Positions 8,374 to 18,298 of a DNA stretch of 24,000 nt are shown one piece after another. The notes under the pieces were generated by a model. The model did no database searches. It saw only the letters and a list, made by a program, of their open reading frames with translations, and was not told the origin of the DNA. Origin of the DNA: Cellulophaga sp. (GTDB lineage Bacteria; Bacteroidota; Bacteroidia; Flavobacteriales; Flavobacteriaceae); assembly GCA_041738035.1 (NCBI GenBank), contig JBGSQM010000115.1, positions 2,900-26,899 of the forward strand. The letters run 5' to 3'. The position numbers and the translations under genes are program-made. The stretch's first letter is position 1. Each line of letters starts with the position of its first letter.

Positions 8374-9691
8374 TTGGTAAGGTAACTTTAATTTGTTTCA
8401 ATCTTTTTTTATCTAAACTTTCTACTACAAACGAATAGTTTTTAAACATTATTTTCTCACCACGTTTAGGAAAACTACCTGCAATTTCTAATACAAAGCC
8501 AGCAATAGTTTCCGATTCGCCTTTGCGCTCTTCAAAATCGTTCTCATCATCAATCTTAACTACTCTATAAAAATCTTTTAAGGTTGTTTTACCATCAAAA
8601 ATATAATTATAATCATCTAATTTTGAGTAGATTAAATCTTCATCATCAAACTCATCACTGATATCGCCTACAATTTCTTCTATAATATCTTCTAAAGTTA
8701 CAATGCCTGAAGTGCCTCCAAACTCGTCCACGACAATTGCTAAATGGTTTTTCTTTTCTTGAAATTCGAGCAATAAATTATCCAGCTTTTTATTTTCGGG
8801 TACAAAGTAGGGTTCTCTAATTAAACTCATCCAATTAAAGGCTTTACGGTCAATATAAGGCAGTAAATCTTTAACGTATAAAACGCCTTGTACATTATCC
8901 ACATTATCGGTAAAAACAGGAACCCTGGAATAGCCCATTTTTTTAATTTCTTCTAAAACTTCAAGATATTTTAAATCAGAATTTAAGGCAAAAATATCAA
9001 TCCTAGGGCGCATTACTTGCTTGGTATCGGTATTTCCAAAAGATACAATGCCTTCTAATATTTTCTGCTCTTCTTTCGTGGTATCGCCTTCTGAGGTAAG
9101 CCCTAATGCTTGTGATAATTGATCTACACTTAAACCAGATTTTTGTTTTCCTAACTTATTGTGCAAATAAATAGTAGCAGAACGCATGGGCGAACTTAAT
9201 GGGGTAAAAATAAAATCTAACACCTTCAAGGGATACGCCATGGTATGTGCAAACGATTTTTGATTTCTATTAGCATAAACTTTAGGTAATATTTCACCAA
9301 ACATTAAAATCAAAAAGGTAACCACAACAACTTCTAACAAGAACCGAACAGAAATAAGTCCTAATATATTATAGGTTATTTCTGAAAAAATAACATCACC
9401 AATTGCGCTAAAAAGTAAAACAATCGCAATATTTATAGAATTATTAGCGATTAATATGGTCGCTAAAAGTTTTTTGGGTTTTTCTAAAAGTTTTACTATA
9501 ATGTTTCCTTTGGTGGTTTTGGTATCTTCAATAGCATTAACATCGGTTCCTGAAAGACCAAAAAAAGCTACTTCTGCTCCAGAAATTAATGCAGAGCATA
9601 ACAGTAACAATAACATCACACCAATTTTGAGTGCCAAAGCACTATCAAAAACAATAAAATTTAATACTGTCCAAAAGGGGTCTGGGTCCAA
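8363..9691 (-). CDS. gldE: Gliding motility-associated protein GldE (CNNM/DUF21 membrane domain + CBS pair + CorC/HlyC C-terminal domain)
   Basis: 442-aa ORF. The N-terminal TM region is followed by tandem CBS-like segments (VMRPRIDIFAL..., HLAIVVDEFGGTSGIVTLEDIIEEIVGDI) and a CorC_HlyC-type tail. Synteny with gldD supports the call. Confidence 0.8.
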   Translation of the reverse strand: MDPDPFWTVLNFIVFDSALALKIGVMLLLLLCSALISGAEVAFFGLSGTDVNAIEDTKTTKGNIIVKLLEKPKKLLATILIANNSINIAIVLLFSAIGDVIFSEITYNILGLISVRFLLEVVVVTFLILMFGEILPKVYANRNQKSFAHTMAYPLKVLDFIFTPLSSPMRSATIYLHNKLGKQKSGLSVDQLSQALGLTSEGDTTKEEQKILEGIVSFGNTDTKQVMRPRIDIFALNSDLKYLEVLEEIKKMGYSRVPVFTDNVDNVQGVLYVKDLLPYIDRKAFNWMSLIREPYFVPENKKLDNLLLEFQEKKNHLAIVVDEFGGTSGIVTLEDIIEEIVGDISDEFDDEDLIYSKLDDYNYIFDGKTTLKDFYRVVKIDDENDFEERKGESETIAGFVLEIAGSFPKRGEKIMFKNYSFVVESLDKKRLKQIKVTLPNEF

Positions 9692-9713
9692 AAGTTATAA
9701 TTTAAGTTTTAAG

Positions 9714-10181
9714 TTAAAATGGTAAATCATCTTCTTCGTTAGGTTCATTGAAAGAAGGAGCATTATTTGGTACATTTGTGGTAGCGTCTGTTTTTTGAGC
9801 AAGCGTATTGGCTTGGTAGTTTTGAGCATTACTAGTGCTTTCTTTTTTGGTGCTCAAAAAAGTAAACTCTTGCACCTGAACTTCTGTGGTATAGCGCGGT
9901 TGCCCGTCCTCGCCTTGCCATTGTCTGTTCTTTAAACGACCTTCTACATAAACTTTATCGCCTTTACTTAAGTATTTTTCGCAAATTTCGGCGGCTTTGT
10001 TTCTCACCACAATATTGTGCCAGTCGGTATTGGTAACTTTCTCTCCAGTTTGTTTGTTGGTATAGGTGTCATTTGTAGCTAAAGGAAAACGCCCAATGCA
10101 ATTGCCACCTTCAAAATAATGAACTTTTACTTCGTCGCCTAAATGCCCTATTAACATAACCTTGTTTAATGTGCCGCTCAT
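9714..10181 (-). CDS. ssb: Single-stranded DNA-binding protein
   Basis: OB-fold N-terminus (LNKVMLIGHLGDEV...DWHNIVV...), a low-complexity linker and the acidic C-terminal tip DDLPF. Confidence 0.95.
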   Translation of the reverse strand: MSGTLNKVMLIGHLGDEVKVHYFEGGNCIGRFPLATNDTYTNKQTGEKVTNTDWHNIVVRNKAAEICEKYLSKGDKVYVEGRLKNRQWQGEDGQPRYTTEVQVQEFTFLSTKKESTSNAQNYQANTLAQKTDATTNVPNNAPSFNEPNEEDDLPF

Positions 10182-10430
10182 AACTTGAAAATTTTGTCAA
10201 AAATACTAAAATTTAAGTAATACCATTTATCATTTGAAATTACTGTAATAAAATGCGTCTTTTCCCTTTCTTTTTCAATTTAAAAAAAACCGTAGCTAAG
10301 CTATACTTTGTTCTTCAATATCCTATAAAGAAAAAATCCATCATTTTCTTTTACAGTTATTTCAAATAGCAACTGTTATAACTATTCCGTTATGACTAGA
10401 AAATGGGCGACTTTAGCATCTGGTGAAAAG

Positions 10431-11471
10431 TTACTTAAATTTAAATATATTTATAAAATCTGCTACTAAAACTGGAACAGGATAGGCCGCTATTTCAGAA
10501 ATTGGAACAGATTTTTTAATTTTATCGGCTGTCTTTATAATCCAAAATGTGGTGTATAAATGTTGATGTGTTAATTTGTGAACCTTTTCAGTATTGTTAA
10601 ACTTAATTACTTCGAACGGATTTTCAAAATTAAAAAGTTTTTCAATTTCGCCTATGATATTTTCTTCTGCTAATGTGGAATCGGATTCAATTAAAGGAAA
10701 TTCATATAAATTTTGCCAAATACCCTTGCCTGTTCTTTTTTGGAGAAGGCTATTGCCGTTTCCATCTAACAAAACCAAATAATTAAAATACCGATGTTTT
10801 ACTTTTAATTTTTTAATCTTTACAGGAAGTAATTCAATAGTTGCCTCTTTTAAAGCTGCACAACTATTTTCCAAAGGACAAACAGCACAATCGGGATTTC
10901 TGGGCGTGCATTGCATAGCACCAAACTCCATAATCGCTTGGTTGTAGTTTCGGATATGGTCAATATCCATGACCTCTTGCGCCAATTCTTTAAAATATTT
11001 TATACCTTCTGTACTATTAATGGGTAATGAAACACCAAAATACCGTGCTAAAACACGATATACATTACCATCGACTACCGCTTCGGGTAGATTAAAACTG
11101 ATAGAAGCTATGGCACTTGCCGTATAATCGCCAACTCCTTTCAATTGAAGTAATTCTTTGTAGGTGTCGGGAAAAAGCCCATCGTATTTTTCGGAAACTA
11201 TTTTTGCCGTAGTATGTAAATTTCTAGCACGTGAATAATACCCTAATCCTTGCCAAAGCTTTAAAACCTGTTCTTCGCTGGCATTGGCTAAATGATGCAC
11301 CGTAGGAAAATTTTCAATAAATTTTAAATAATATGGAGTACCTTGCGCTACCCTGGTTTGTTGCAACATAATTTCTGACAACCAAATATGGTAGGCGTCT
11401 GTGGTGTTTCGCCATGGAAGATCTCTTTTATTTTTTGCGTACCAAAGAAGAATTTGTTCTGAAAAAATCAT
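10431..11471 (-). CDS. mutY: A/G-specific adenine DNA glycosylase MutY
   Basis: HhH motif LKGVGDYTASAIASISF, a 4Fe-4S Cys cluster (CTPRNPDCAVCPLENSC) and a NUDIX-like C-terminal domain. I prefer the ATG at 11471 (MIFSEQILLWYAKNKRDLPWR) over the upstream start at 11531. Confidence 0.9.
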   Translation of the reverse strand: MIFSEQILLWYAKNKRDLPWRNTTDAYHIWLSEIMLQQTRVAQGTPYYLKFIENFPTVHHLANASEEQVLKLWQGLGYYSRARNLHTTAKIVSEKYDGLFPDTYKELLQLKGVGDYTASAIASISFNLPEAVVDGNVYRVLARYFGVSLPINSTEGIKYFKELAQEVMDIDHIRNYNQAIMEFGAMQCTPRNPDCAVCPLENSCAALKEATIELLPVKIKKLKVKHRYFNYLVLLDGNGNSLLQKRTGKGIWQNLYEFPLIESDSTLAEENIIGEIEKLFNFENPFEVIKFNNTEKVHKLTHQHLYTTFWIIKTADKIKKSVPISEIAAYPVPVLVADFINIFKFK

Positions 11472-11706
11472 ATAAAATACTAAATGCCAAGGATAGTTTG
11501 AATCTGTTGAAACGAAAAAACTTTGTACCAACCTTGATTAATTCAACATATTCTTGCCGCAAAATCAATCTATAAATGGTCGAATGTCAAAAGTAATTGT
11601 TTATATACTTAAAAATGAAGTTCTTTAAGATAAAGATTGAATTTTAATTTATATATTTGCAACCCGAAAAAACATAGATAATTATAGCTAATAATAGTAC
11701 AAAAAA

Positions 11707-11997
11707 ATGACGAAAGCGGATATTGTAACGAAAATCTCAGAAAAACTGGGTATCGAAAAAGGAGATGTGCAGGCGACTGTAGAGTCTTTTATGGAAGAAG
11801 TTAAATATTCATTGGAAAATGGAGACAATGTATATTTAAGAGGTTTTGGTAGTTTTATTATCAAAACAAGAGCTGAGAAAACAGGTAGAAACATTTCAAA
11901 GAACACTACTATAAAAATACCAGCGCACAATATTCCTTCTTTTAAACCGGCTAAGGTTTTCGTAGAAAGCGTAAAGAGTAACGTAGAAGTTAAGTAA
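11707..11997 (+). CDS. HU/IHF-family DNA-binding protein
   Basis: 96-aa ORF with the bacterial histone-like pattern (MTKADIV...GDNVYLRGFGSFIIKTRAEKTGRNISKNTTIKIPAHNIPSFKPAK). Confidence 0.9.
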   Translation: MTKADIVTKISEKLGIEKGDVQATVESFMEEVKYSLENGDNVYLRGFGSFIIKTRAEKTGRNISKNTTIKIPAHNIPSFKPAKVFVESVKSNVEVK

Positions 11998-12023
11998 AAT
12001 ATTAATCTTAAAAAGTATAGTTT

Positions 12024-12113
12024 ATGCCAAGTGGTAAGAAAAGAAAAAGACATAAGGTAGCTACTCACAAGCGCAAGAAGCGTAGAAGAGCTAACCGTCA
12101 CAAGAAAAAGTAG
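12024..12113 (+). CDS. 29-aa extremely basic peptide (MPSGKKRKRHKVATHKRKKRRRANRHKKK), possibly ribosome-associated
   Basis: It is not in the supplied ORF track because it is too short. The ATG lies 27 nt after the HU stop and the ORF is followed by a weak hairpin plus T-run. The composition resembles very small basic ribosomal or ribosome-associated peptides (bS22/AURKAIP1-COX24-like), recalled from memory. Confidence 0.5.
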   Translation: MPSGKKRKRHKVATHKRKKRRRANRHKKK

Positions 12114-12131
12114 TTGTTTCAACTACTTTTT
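12110..12131 (+). terminator. Weak intrinsic terminator after the HU and basic-peptide genes
   Basis: GTAGTT-gtttc-AACTAC followed by TTTTT. The stem is only 6 bp. Confidence 0.35.
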
Positions 12132-12262
12132 CATTTTAAAAAGTTCATTGACATAGAAATTCGTAAGTGAATTTCAACAGGTTTCAAAAACCTGTTACAT
12201 ATATTGTTTAATCATTTATTAGTTGACCGCAATACGTATTGTTGGCTGCGAATAAATAAAAA

Positions 12263-13822
12263 TTGATTCAGGTGAATAGAGAATTAATCGTAAGATCTAG
12301 CTCCGAAACCGTCGATTTTGCCCTATTAAAAGATGGAAAATTAACAGAACTACAAAAAGTAGAAGACAGCAACAATTTTTCGGTTGGCGATATTTTTATC
12401 GCCAAAGTCCGGAAACCAGTGACTGGATTAAATGCTGCTTTTGTAAATGTGGGTTATGAAAAAGATGCTTTTTTGCATTATCATGATTTAGGCCCACAAC
12501 TTTCTACCATGCTTAAGTTTATAAAACAAGTAAGCACTGGTAAATTAAAAGACTTTTCATTAAAGGATTTTCCGTTTGAAAACGATATTAATAAAGATGG
12601 TGTTATTACTGATGTGATAAAAGCCAATCAATCTTTATTGGTGCAAATTGTTAAAGAACCCATTTCCACAAAAGGACCACGAATTAGCTCCGAGCTATCC
12701 ATTGCAGGACGCTACTTAGTGATGGTTCCTTTTTCTGATCGTGTTTCTGTTTCTCAAAAAATAGAAAGCAACGAAGAAAAAGACAGACTTAAACGGCTTG
12801 TTAAAAGTATTAAGCCTAAGGGATTTGGTGTTATTATTAGAACAGTTGCAGAAGGCAAAAAAGTCGCAGAACTCGACAAAGATCTACAGAACTTACTGAC
12901 CAAATGGTCCGTAATGTGTAAAAAATTACAAAAAGCGCCACACCCATCGAAAGTTCTCGTTGAACTCAACAGAGCATCCTCTATTCTTAGAGATGTTTTT
13001 AATGACTCCTTCACAGGAATCCATGTTGATGATGAAGTGCTTTATGAAGAAGTAAAAGATTATGTGGCAGAAATTGCTCCAGAAAAAGAATCTATTGTTA
13101 AATTGTATAGTGACCATACTGTTCCTATTTTTGAAAAATTTGGAATAGAAAGACAAATAAAAACTTCATTTGGTCGTACCGCAGCCATGAGCAAAGGTGC
13201 TTACCTTATTATCGAACACACAGAAGCGCTACACGTAGTAGATGTTAATAGTGGAAACCGTTCTAATAAGGCAAAAAATCAAGAAGATACAGCCCTAGAA
13301 GTAAACCTTTTAGCTGCTTCTGAAATTGCCAGACAGTTACGCCTTAGAGATATGGGTGGCATTATTGTAGTTGATTTTATCGACATGACCAAAGGAGAAA
13401 ACAGGAGAAAACTTTTTGATCATCTTAGAGATGAAATGAAAGATGACCGCGCAAAACATAAAATTTTGCCTCCTAGTAAGTTTGGACTTATACAAATTAC
13501 AAGACAAAGGGTGAGGCCCGAAATGAATATTAAAACAACCGAAGAAGATCCTAACCAAAAAGGTCAAGAAATAGAAGCTCCGATAGTTTTAATTGATAAA
13601 ATTAATGTTGACCTTGAAAAATTAATTACAGGTCCAGCAAAGGATAATGCCATTACTTTGAACATTCATCCCTTTATTGCTGCCTACCTTACTAAAGGTT
13701 TTCCATCTATACGCACTAAGTGGTTCTTAGAGTATAAAAAATGGATTAAAATACAACCAAGAGATGCTTATACCTATCTTGAATATCGTTTTAAAAATAA
13801 AGACGGCAAAACCATATATTAG
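12263..13822 (+). CDS. rng: Rne/Rng-family ribonuclease (RNase G-like)
   Basis: 519-aa ORF with an N-terminal S1-like domain and a catalytic core containing HVVDVNSGN. The size fits RNase G rather than full-length RNase E. The start is uncertain (TTG at 12263 or GTG at 12272). Confidence 0.9.
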   Translation: MIQVNRELIVRSSSETVDFALLKDGKLTELQKVEDSNNFSVGDIFIAKVRKPVTGLNAAFVNVGYEKDAFLHYHDLGPQLSTMLKFIKQVSTGKLKDFSLKDFPFENDINKDGVITDVIKANQSLLVQIVKEPISTKGPRISSELSIAGRYLVMVPFSDRVSVSQKIESNEEKDRLKRLVKSIKPKGFGVIIRTVAEGKKVAELDKDLQNLLTKWSVMCKKLQKAPHPSKVLVELNRASSILRDVFNDSFTGIHVDDEVLYEEVKDYVAEIAPEKESIVKLYSDHTVPIFEKFGIERQIKTSFGRTAAMSKGAYLIIEHTEALHVVDVNSGNRSNKAKNQEDTALEVNLLAASEIARQLRLRDMGGIIVVDFIDMTKGENRRKLFDHLRDEMKDDRAKHKILPPSKFGLIQITRQRVRPEMNIKTTEEDPNQKGQEIEAPIVLIDKINVDLEKLITGPAKDNAITLNIHPFIAAYLTKGFPSIRTKWFLEYKKWIKIQPRDAYTYLEYRFKNKDGKTIY

Positions 13823-13886
13823 TAAAACACTAGTTTTACTGCACTAATTTATTTTAGGATCTGCTTTAAAAGCAGAAGATTTTAAA

Positions 13887-13917
13887 AGCGACCTCAAATT
13901 TGAGGTCGCTTTTTTTG
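13887..13917 (+). terminator. Rho-independent terminator of rng
   Basis: AGCGACCTCAAATTTGAGGTCGCT, a perfect stem of 10 bp or more, followed by TTTTTTT. A second small hairpin TCTGCTTTAAAAGCAGA lies just upstream. Confidence 0.8.
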
Positions 13918-14068
13918 TTTACCATAGTTTTGTTTTAGTATATTGGTAGGTAATATTTCATTAAAAACGAAAAGCTAAATTTTTCGGTTGTACTCGAAGG
14001 CCGCATTTTTAAAACTTATTTATTACTTTAAATTTTTATTGAATACTGTTATAAAAACTAATTAATCC

Positions 14069-14719
14069 ATGAAAAAACAACTTGTTCTACTCCTTTTTAT
14101 AGTATTCCTTACTGCGGTAAGTTGTAAATCAACTAAAACGGTTCAAAATATTTCCGAAATAAAAAGTAGTTTTTCTAAAAAGCAGCTGTCACTAATTACT
14201 CAAGGTGAAAGTAATAAACCTATGCGGGTTTTTAAAATAAATAATCTGTCTGACTCTATTTTATTGCGGCAAAAAAGTGAGTCTGTTTATGCAGACCCGA
14301 ATGATCCTAATTTACAGCTTTTTGCTAAACGCCTTTTCGCTACTGTTCGCGATAGTATGTCGCTCGGTGTTGGTATTGCCGCACCACAGGTTGGGATATT
14401 AAAGAACATTATTTGGGTACAGCGTTTTGATAAAGAAGATTTGCCATTTGAAGTTTTTTTAAATCCGAAAATTATTCAATATTCTAAGAAAACACAGACA
14501 AGAAAAGAAGGCTGTTTGTCTATTCCAAACCGAAGCGAAACCTTAAATTCCAGAGCTTACGCCATTTTAATATCTTACGATACACTAGAAAATACTAAAG
14601 TTGTAGAAATGGTTGAAGATTTTACTGCTGTAATTTTTCAACATGAAATAGATCACCTCAACGGTATTTTATATTTGGACCATTTGCAAGAAGAAATGGA
14701 AAACGCCAAAGCTAATTGA
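14069..14719 (+). CDS. def: Peptide deformylase homolog with an N-terminal lipoprotein signal peptide
   Basis: All three PDF motifs are intact: GVGIAAPQVG, EGCLSIP and QHEIDHLNG. An N-terminal extension of about 55 aa begins MKKQLVLLLFIVFLTAVSCKSTK (n-region, h-region, Cys). Confidence 0.85.
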   Translation: MKKQLVLLLFIVFLTAVSCKSTKTVQNISEIKSSFSKKQLSLITQGESNKPMRVFKINNLSDSILLRQKSESVYADPNDPNLQLFAKRLFATVRDSMSLGVGIAAPQVGILKNIIWVQRFDKEDLPFEVFLNPKIIQYSKKTQTRKEGCLSIPNRSETLNSRAYAILISYDTLENTKVVEMVEDFTAVIFQHEIDHLNGILYLDHLQEEMENAKAN

Positions 14720-14720
14720 A

Positions 14721-15197
14721 ATGAAAAATTTACAACCTTCTTACACTATTGATGAAGCTACAAAAAAAATAGAAAGCTATTGTGCTTACCAAGATAGGTG
14801 CCATAAAGAAGTGGAAAATAAATTGCGGGAAATGGGAATGATCCCCATAGCCGCAAGCCAAATTCTAGGGCATTTAATACAAGAAAATTATTTAAATGAG
14901 GAGCGTTTTGCTAGAAGTTATGCACGTGGAAAATTCAACATTAAAAAATGGGGAAAAAAACGTATTGTAAATGAGTTAAAGAAACGTGAAATATCAAAAT
15001 ACAATATTACCTCAGCACTTCAAGAGATTGACGAAGACACTTACCTCAATACCTTGGATGCACTCGCTAACAAAAGACTGGAAGCCCTCAATGAAAAAAA
15101 TATTCATAAGAGAAGAAAAAAATTAGCAGACTACCTATTATACCGAGGATGGGAAAGCAATTTGGTATATGAAAAAGTAACAACTTTGGTGAAATAA
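14721..15197 (+). CDS. recX: RecX-family regulatory protein
   Basis: 158-aa ORF starting 1 nt after the def stop. It shows the RecX repeat pattern (YCAYQDRCHKEVENKLREMGM..., NEERFARSYARGKFNIKKWGKKRI...). Confidence 0.8.
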   Translation: MKNLQPSYTIDEATKKIESYCAYQDRCHKEVENKLREMGMIPIAASQILGHLIQENYLNEERFARSYARGKFNIKKWGKKRIVNELKKREISKYNITSALQEIDEDTYLNTLDALANKRLEALNEKNIHKRRKKLADYLLYRGWESNLVYEKVTTLVK

Positions 15198-15342
15198 AAA
15201 TCAGCCCTTTAAAGCTTTTAAGTTGACATTCGTTTTTACGACTATCTTAGTAATACTAGCTTTTTATCGGTTATTTTCAACGTAAAGATAATAAGTAAAT
15301 TTGTCGTGTTGAGCTTTGCTAAGCCTTCTAATTAAAACTATA

Positions 15343-15380
15343 AAAACCAAACTATTTATTAAAAATAATTTGGTTTTTTT
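15343..15380. terminator. Probable bidirectional terminator between recX (+) and the OMP gene (-)
   Basis: AAAAACCAAACTATTT-att-AAAATAATTTGGTTTTTTT. The stem is AT-rich with one mismatch and is flanked by an A-run and a T-run. Confidence 0.5.
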
Positions 15381-15444
15381 AAGTCAATATAAAAATACTT
15401 GCTTTTTACAAGACCTACCTTTAATGTGCAATAAATACCTAAAA

Positions 15445-15939
15445 CTACAAATTAAAAACAGCACCAAGACTAAAAACAAATTGGTTGTGCAGTTGTTCTG
15501 CTGGCGTTAAACTATCTGTATTATATTTTGCAAATGGCAATGATGCTTCTGCAAATAAACCAAAACCATCGCTAAAAAAATAGCGCGTACCTAAGTGCCC
15601 ACCAAAGTTTTTCAAACCTAAGTTTAAGCCTGGATAAATATCCATATTATCAGGTAAAGCCATAACGCCACCTAAGTTTGCATTAAAACGTACTTTTAAA
15701 TCAAATCTATTTCCAAAATCAGCATCGATGGACTCTTCAACCCCTAAAACATACGAAGTTGATGCACCAATAGAAAAATTTTCTCCCATTCCGAAATCAT
15801 AAACCACTACTATTCCGGTTCCGTTTTCTTGAAAATTAGCCCCTATTTGAAATTTTGCATCATCTTTTCCTGTGTAGGCTTGTGCATTCGCAAAAGATAC
15901 TCCAAATAGTATAATTAAAATTAATATTGTTTTTTTCAT
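15445..15939 (-). CDS. Small outer-membrane beta-barrel protein (OmpW/porin-like family)
   Basis: Signal peptide MKKTILILIILFGVSFANAQ, alternating amphipathic Gly/aromatic-rich strands, and a C-terminal aromatic-type ending (GAVFNL). Confidence 0.7.
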   Translation of the reverse strand: MKKTILILIILFGVSFANAQAYTGKDDAKFQIGANFQENGTGIVVVYDFGMGENFSIGASTSYVLGVEESIDADFGNRFDLKVRFNANLGGVMALPDNMDIYPGLNLGLKNFGGHLGTRYFFSDGFGLFAEASLPFAKYNTDSLTPAEQLHNQFVFSLGAVFNL

Positions 15940-16000
15940 GGTATAATCTTTAAATATTTACTGATTTTTTATATTTTATATTTAATGTTCGCAAAGATAC

Positions 16001-16876
16001 TTATTGTTGCGTAATAGTCTTACGCAAATAGTTGTTTGTTCTTGTAATTGCCTTTTCATTTTTAGCATCTATCCAATTTTGGCCTTGGAATTTTCGCATT
16101 ATAGTATCAAAATACCGCATAATTAAAATATTGTAAATTGCTGTACCTATATTTTTTGGTTTACGAGCCATAGCGCGTAAACTCATAGAGAAACCCGGAG
16201 TAATATATTTCATATAATGCCAATAACCTTCAGGTATATATAAGACCTCGCCGTGTTCTAAATTAGTTTTATAGCCATGCGCATTTTTTAGGGCAGGCCA
16301 CTGTTCAAAATCAGGCTTAGAAAAATCGATACTCTCGTGCGTTATTAAAGAATGAGGCACTTTGTATAAATACTTATTTTGAGATTGATCAAATAAAATT
16401 ATTTCTTTTTTTCCTTCAAAATGAAAGTGGAAAATATTGGCTAAATCTATATCATAATGCATAAAAGTATAGGAGTTTGTACCACCAAAAAATAGCATGG
16501 GCAAACCTTTCAAGAGCTTTAAACCAAAATCAGGATAGGTAAAATCGTTTTGTAATTGAGGCACTTCTTTTAAGATATTCCATAAAAAAATACGAAACTT
16601 GGTTGGTTCTCTTTTTAGTAAATCAACATAATCAGCCATTCTCATTTTAGCATGTGGCTCATTAAAACCATCTTTATGACTTACGGGACGATCGTCATAA
16701 AGCGGTACAATTTTATCGCCTGCCATTTCCTTTATATACGTTAAATTCCATTTGGTATAGGCAGGCCAATCTTCAATAAAACCCTGAATAACAACAGGTT
16801 TTTGAGGCTTAAAATACTGATCTATAAAATCGCTTTTCGAAATACGATTTACCTTAGGAATAGCTGATAATTTCAA
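16001..16876 (-). CDS. Cupin-like / JmjC-domain protein (putative Fe(II)/2-oxoglutarate oxygenase)
   Basis: 291-aa ORF with an HxD motif (FMHYDID) and a distal His (PEGYWHYMKY), spaced as in the JmjC/cupin-8 fold. Confidence 0.75.
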   Translation of the reverse strand: MKLSAIPKVNRISKSDFIDQYFKPQKPVVIQGFIEDWPAYTKWNLTYIKEMAGDKIVPLYDDRPVSHKDGFNEPHAKMRMADYVDLLKREPTKFRIFLWNILKEVPQLQNDFTYPDFGLKLLKGLPMLFFGGTNSYTFMHYDIDLANIFHFHFEGKKEIILFDQSQNKYLYKVPHSLITHESIDFSKPDFEQWPALKNAHGYKTNLEHGEVLYIPEGYWHYMKYITPGFSMSLRAMARKPKNIGTAIYNILIMRYFDTIMRKFQGQNWIDAKNEKAITRTNNYLRKTITQQ

Positions 16877-17032
16877 TGCCCATCAATTTTAAAAGGAGTT
16901 CAAGAATAAAAATAATATGATTTTGCCTGTCATAAGACCAATAGTAATAAGCTGCTTTTCGTTAAAATTAAATTTTAAAAGATGTTTTTAAATTTTCCCC
17001 AAATATCATGGAGCGCAATAAAAAATAAGCCC

Positions 17033-18124
17033 TTAGGAGTTTTTGGCTTTAGCCTTTGCTGCTTCGTTACGCTCAATAGCATGCCCCGGTCTTGACCATT
17101 TTGGTTTTTCTCCTAAAGTCTGAAATTGAGAATCTTCTGCTTCTACCGTTTTTGGCTGTGAAACTTTTGTAAATGCTTTTTGTGGGTTTAAACCTAAAAG
17201 CTGAAACATTTCCATATCGTCATTGACATCAGGGTTTGGTGTAGTTAGTAACTTATCACCTGCAAAAATTGAGTTTGCGCCAGCAAAAAAGCACATCGCC
17301 TGCCCCTCTCTTGTCATTTTTGTTCTGCCAGCTGAAAGTCGCACTTGTGTTTCTGGCATTACAATCCTTGTAGTCGCCACCATCCGAACCATATCCCAAA
17401 TAGCAATAGGCGCTATATCTTCCATAGGAGTACCTTCAACCGCCACCAAAGCATTAATAGGTACCGATTCTGGTTGTGGATTAAGCGATGCTAAAGCCAC
17501 TAACATTCCAGCCCTATCTTCTAGTTTTTCCCCCATACCAATAATACCACCGCTACAGACCGTAACATTGGTTTTCCGCACATTGCTGATGGTATCTAAG
17601 CGATCTTCAAAAGCTCGGGTTGAAATAATATCTTTATAATAATCTTCGGAAGTGTCTAAGTTATGATTGTAAGCGTATAAACCTGCTTCAGCCAAACGTT
17701 TGGCTTGATTTTCGGTAATCATACCTAAGGTACAACAAACTTCCATATCGAGTTTGTTGATGGTACGTACCATTTCTAGAACCTGATCGAATTCTTGACC
17801 ATCTTTTACATTACGCCATGCAGCGCCCATACAAACTCTAGAACTACCAGAAGCTTTTGCTCTTAAAGCTTGGGCTTTTACATGGGGTACAGTCATTAAA
17901 TCATTACCCTCGATATTGGTGTGATACCGAGCGGCTTGTGGACAATAGCCACAATCTTCGGGACAACCTCCCGTTTTTATAGAAATTAAAGTGGAAACCT
18001 GAACCGTATTTGGGTCGTGGTTTTTTCTATGGATGGTCGCAGCATCATATAACAATTCCATTAAAGGTTTGTTATAAATATCTAATATCTCTTGTCTTGT
18101 CCAGTTATGTCTTGTCTCGCTCAT
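17033..18124 (-). CDS. bioB: Biotin synthase BioB
   Basis: Radical-SAM motif [10 protein letters not shown] and the conserved BioB core. I prefer the ATG at 18124 ([13 protein letters not shown]) over the TTG at 18133. Confidence 0.95.
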   Translation of the reverse strand: MSETRHNWTRQEILDIYNKPLMELLYDAATIHRKNHDPNTVQVSTLISIKTGGCPEDCGYCPQAARYHTNIEGNDLMTVPHVKAQALRAKASGSSRVCMGAAWRNVKDGQEFDQVLEMVRTINKLDMEVCCTLGMITENQAKRLAEAGLYAYNHNLDTSEDYYKDIISTRAFEDRLDTISNVRKTNVTVCSGGIIGMGEKLEDRAGMLVALASLNPQPESVPINALVAVEGTPMEDIAPIAIWDMVRMVATTRIVMPETQVRLSAGRTKMTREGQAMCFFAGANSIFAGDKLLTTPNPDVNDDMEMFQLLGLNPQKAFTKVSQPKTVEAEDSQFQTLGEKPKWSRPGHAIERNEAAKAKAKNS

Positions 18125-18298
18125 GTGGGTCAATTATATAAGGCTTCAAAAATAACCTATTTGTAATTCAAATCCCAAAAAAGAAAAATTTGATTGTAAA
18201 ATATAGGGCGTCAAGTTTAAGTTTTCTGAAATAAAAATAGCGTACAAATAATTGATGACCACTACAAAAGCCCGTTTTAAAAAACAATTTTATATTGC

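Noticed and set aside
11688-12122. 144-aa minus-strand ORF covering the HU gene and the small basic-peptide ORF
   Set aside because: It is entirely antisense to a well-supported HU CDS. The product is a low-complexity hydrophobic sequence typical of shadow ORFs in AT-rich DNA.
15316-15510. 64-aa plus-strand ORF in the recX/OMP intergenic region
   Set aside because: It has an AT-rich low-complexity sequence, spans the predicted terminator and overlaps the 3' end of the OMP gene on the other strand.
17223-17639. 138-aa plus-strand ORF inside bioB
   Set aside because: It is antisense to the strongly supported bioB CDS and has no motifs.
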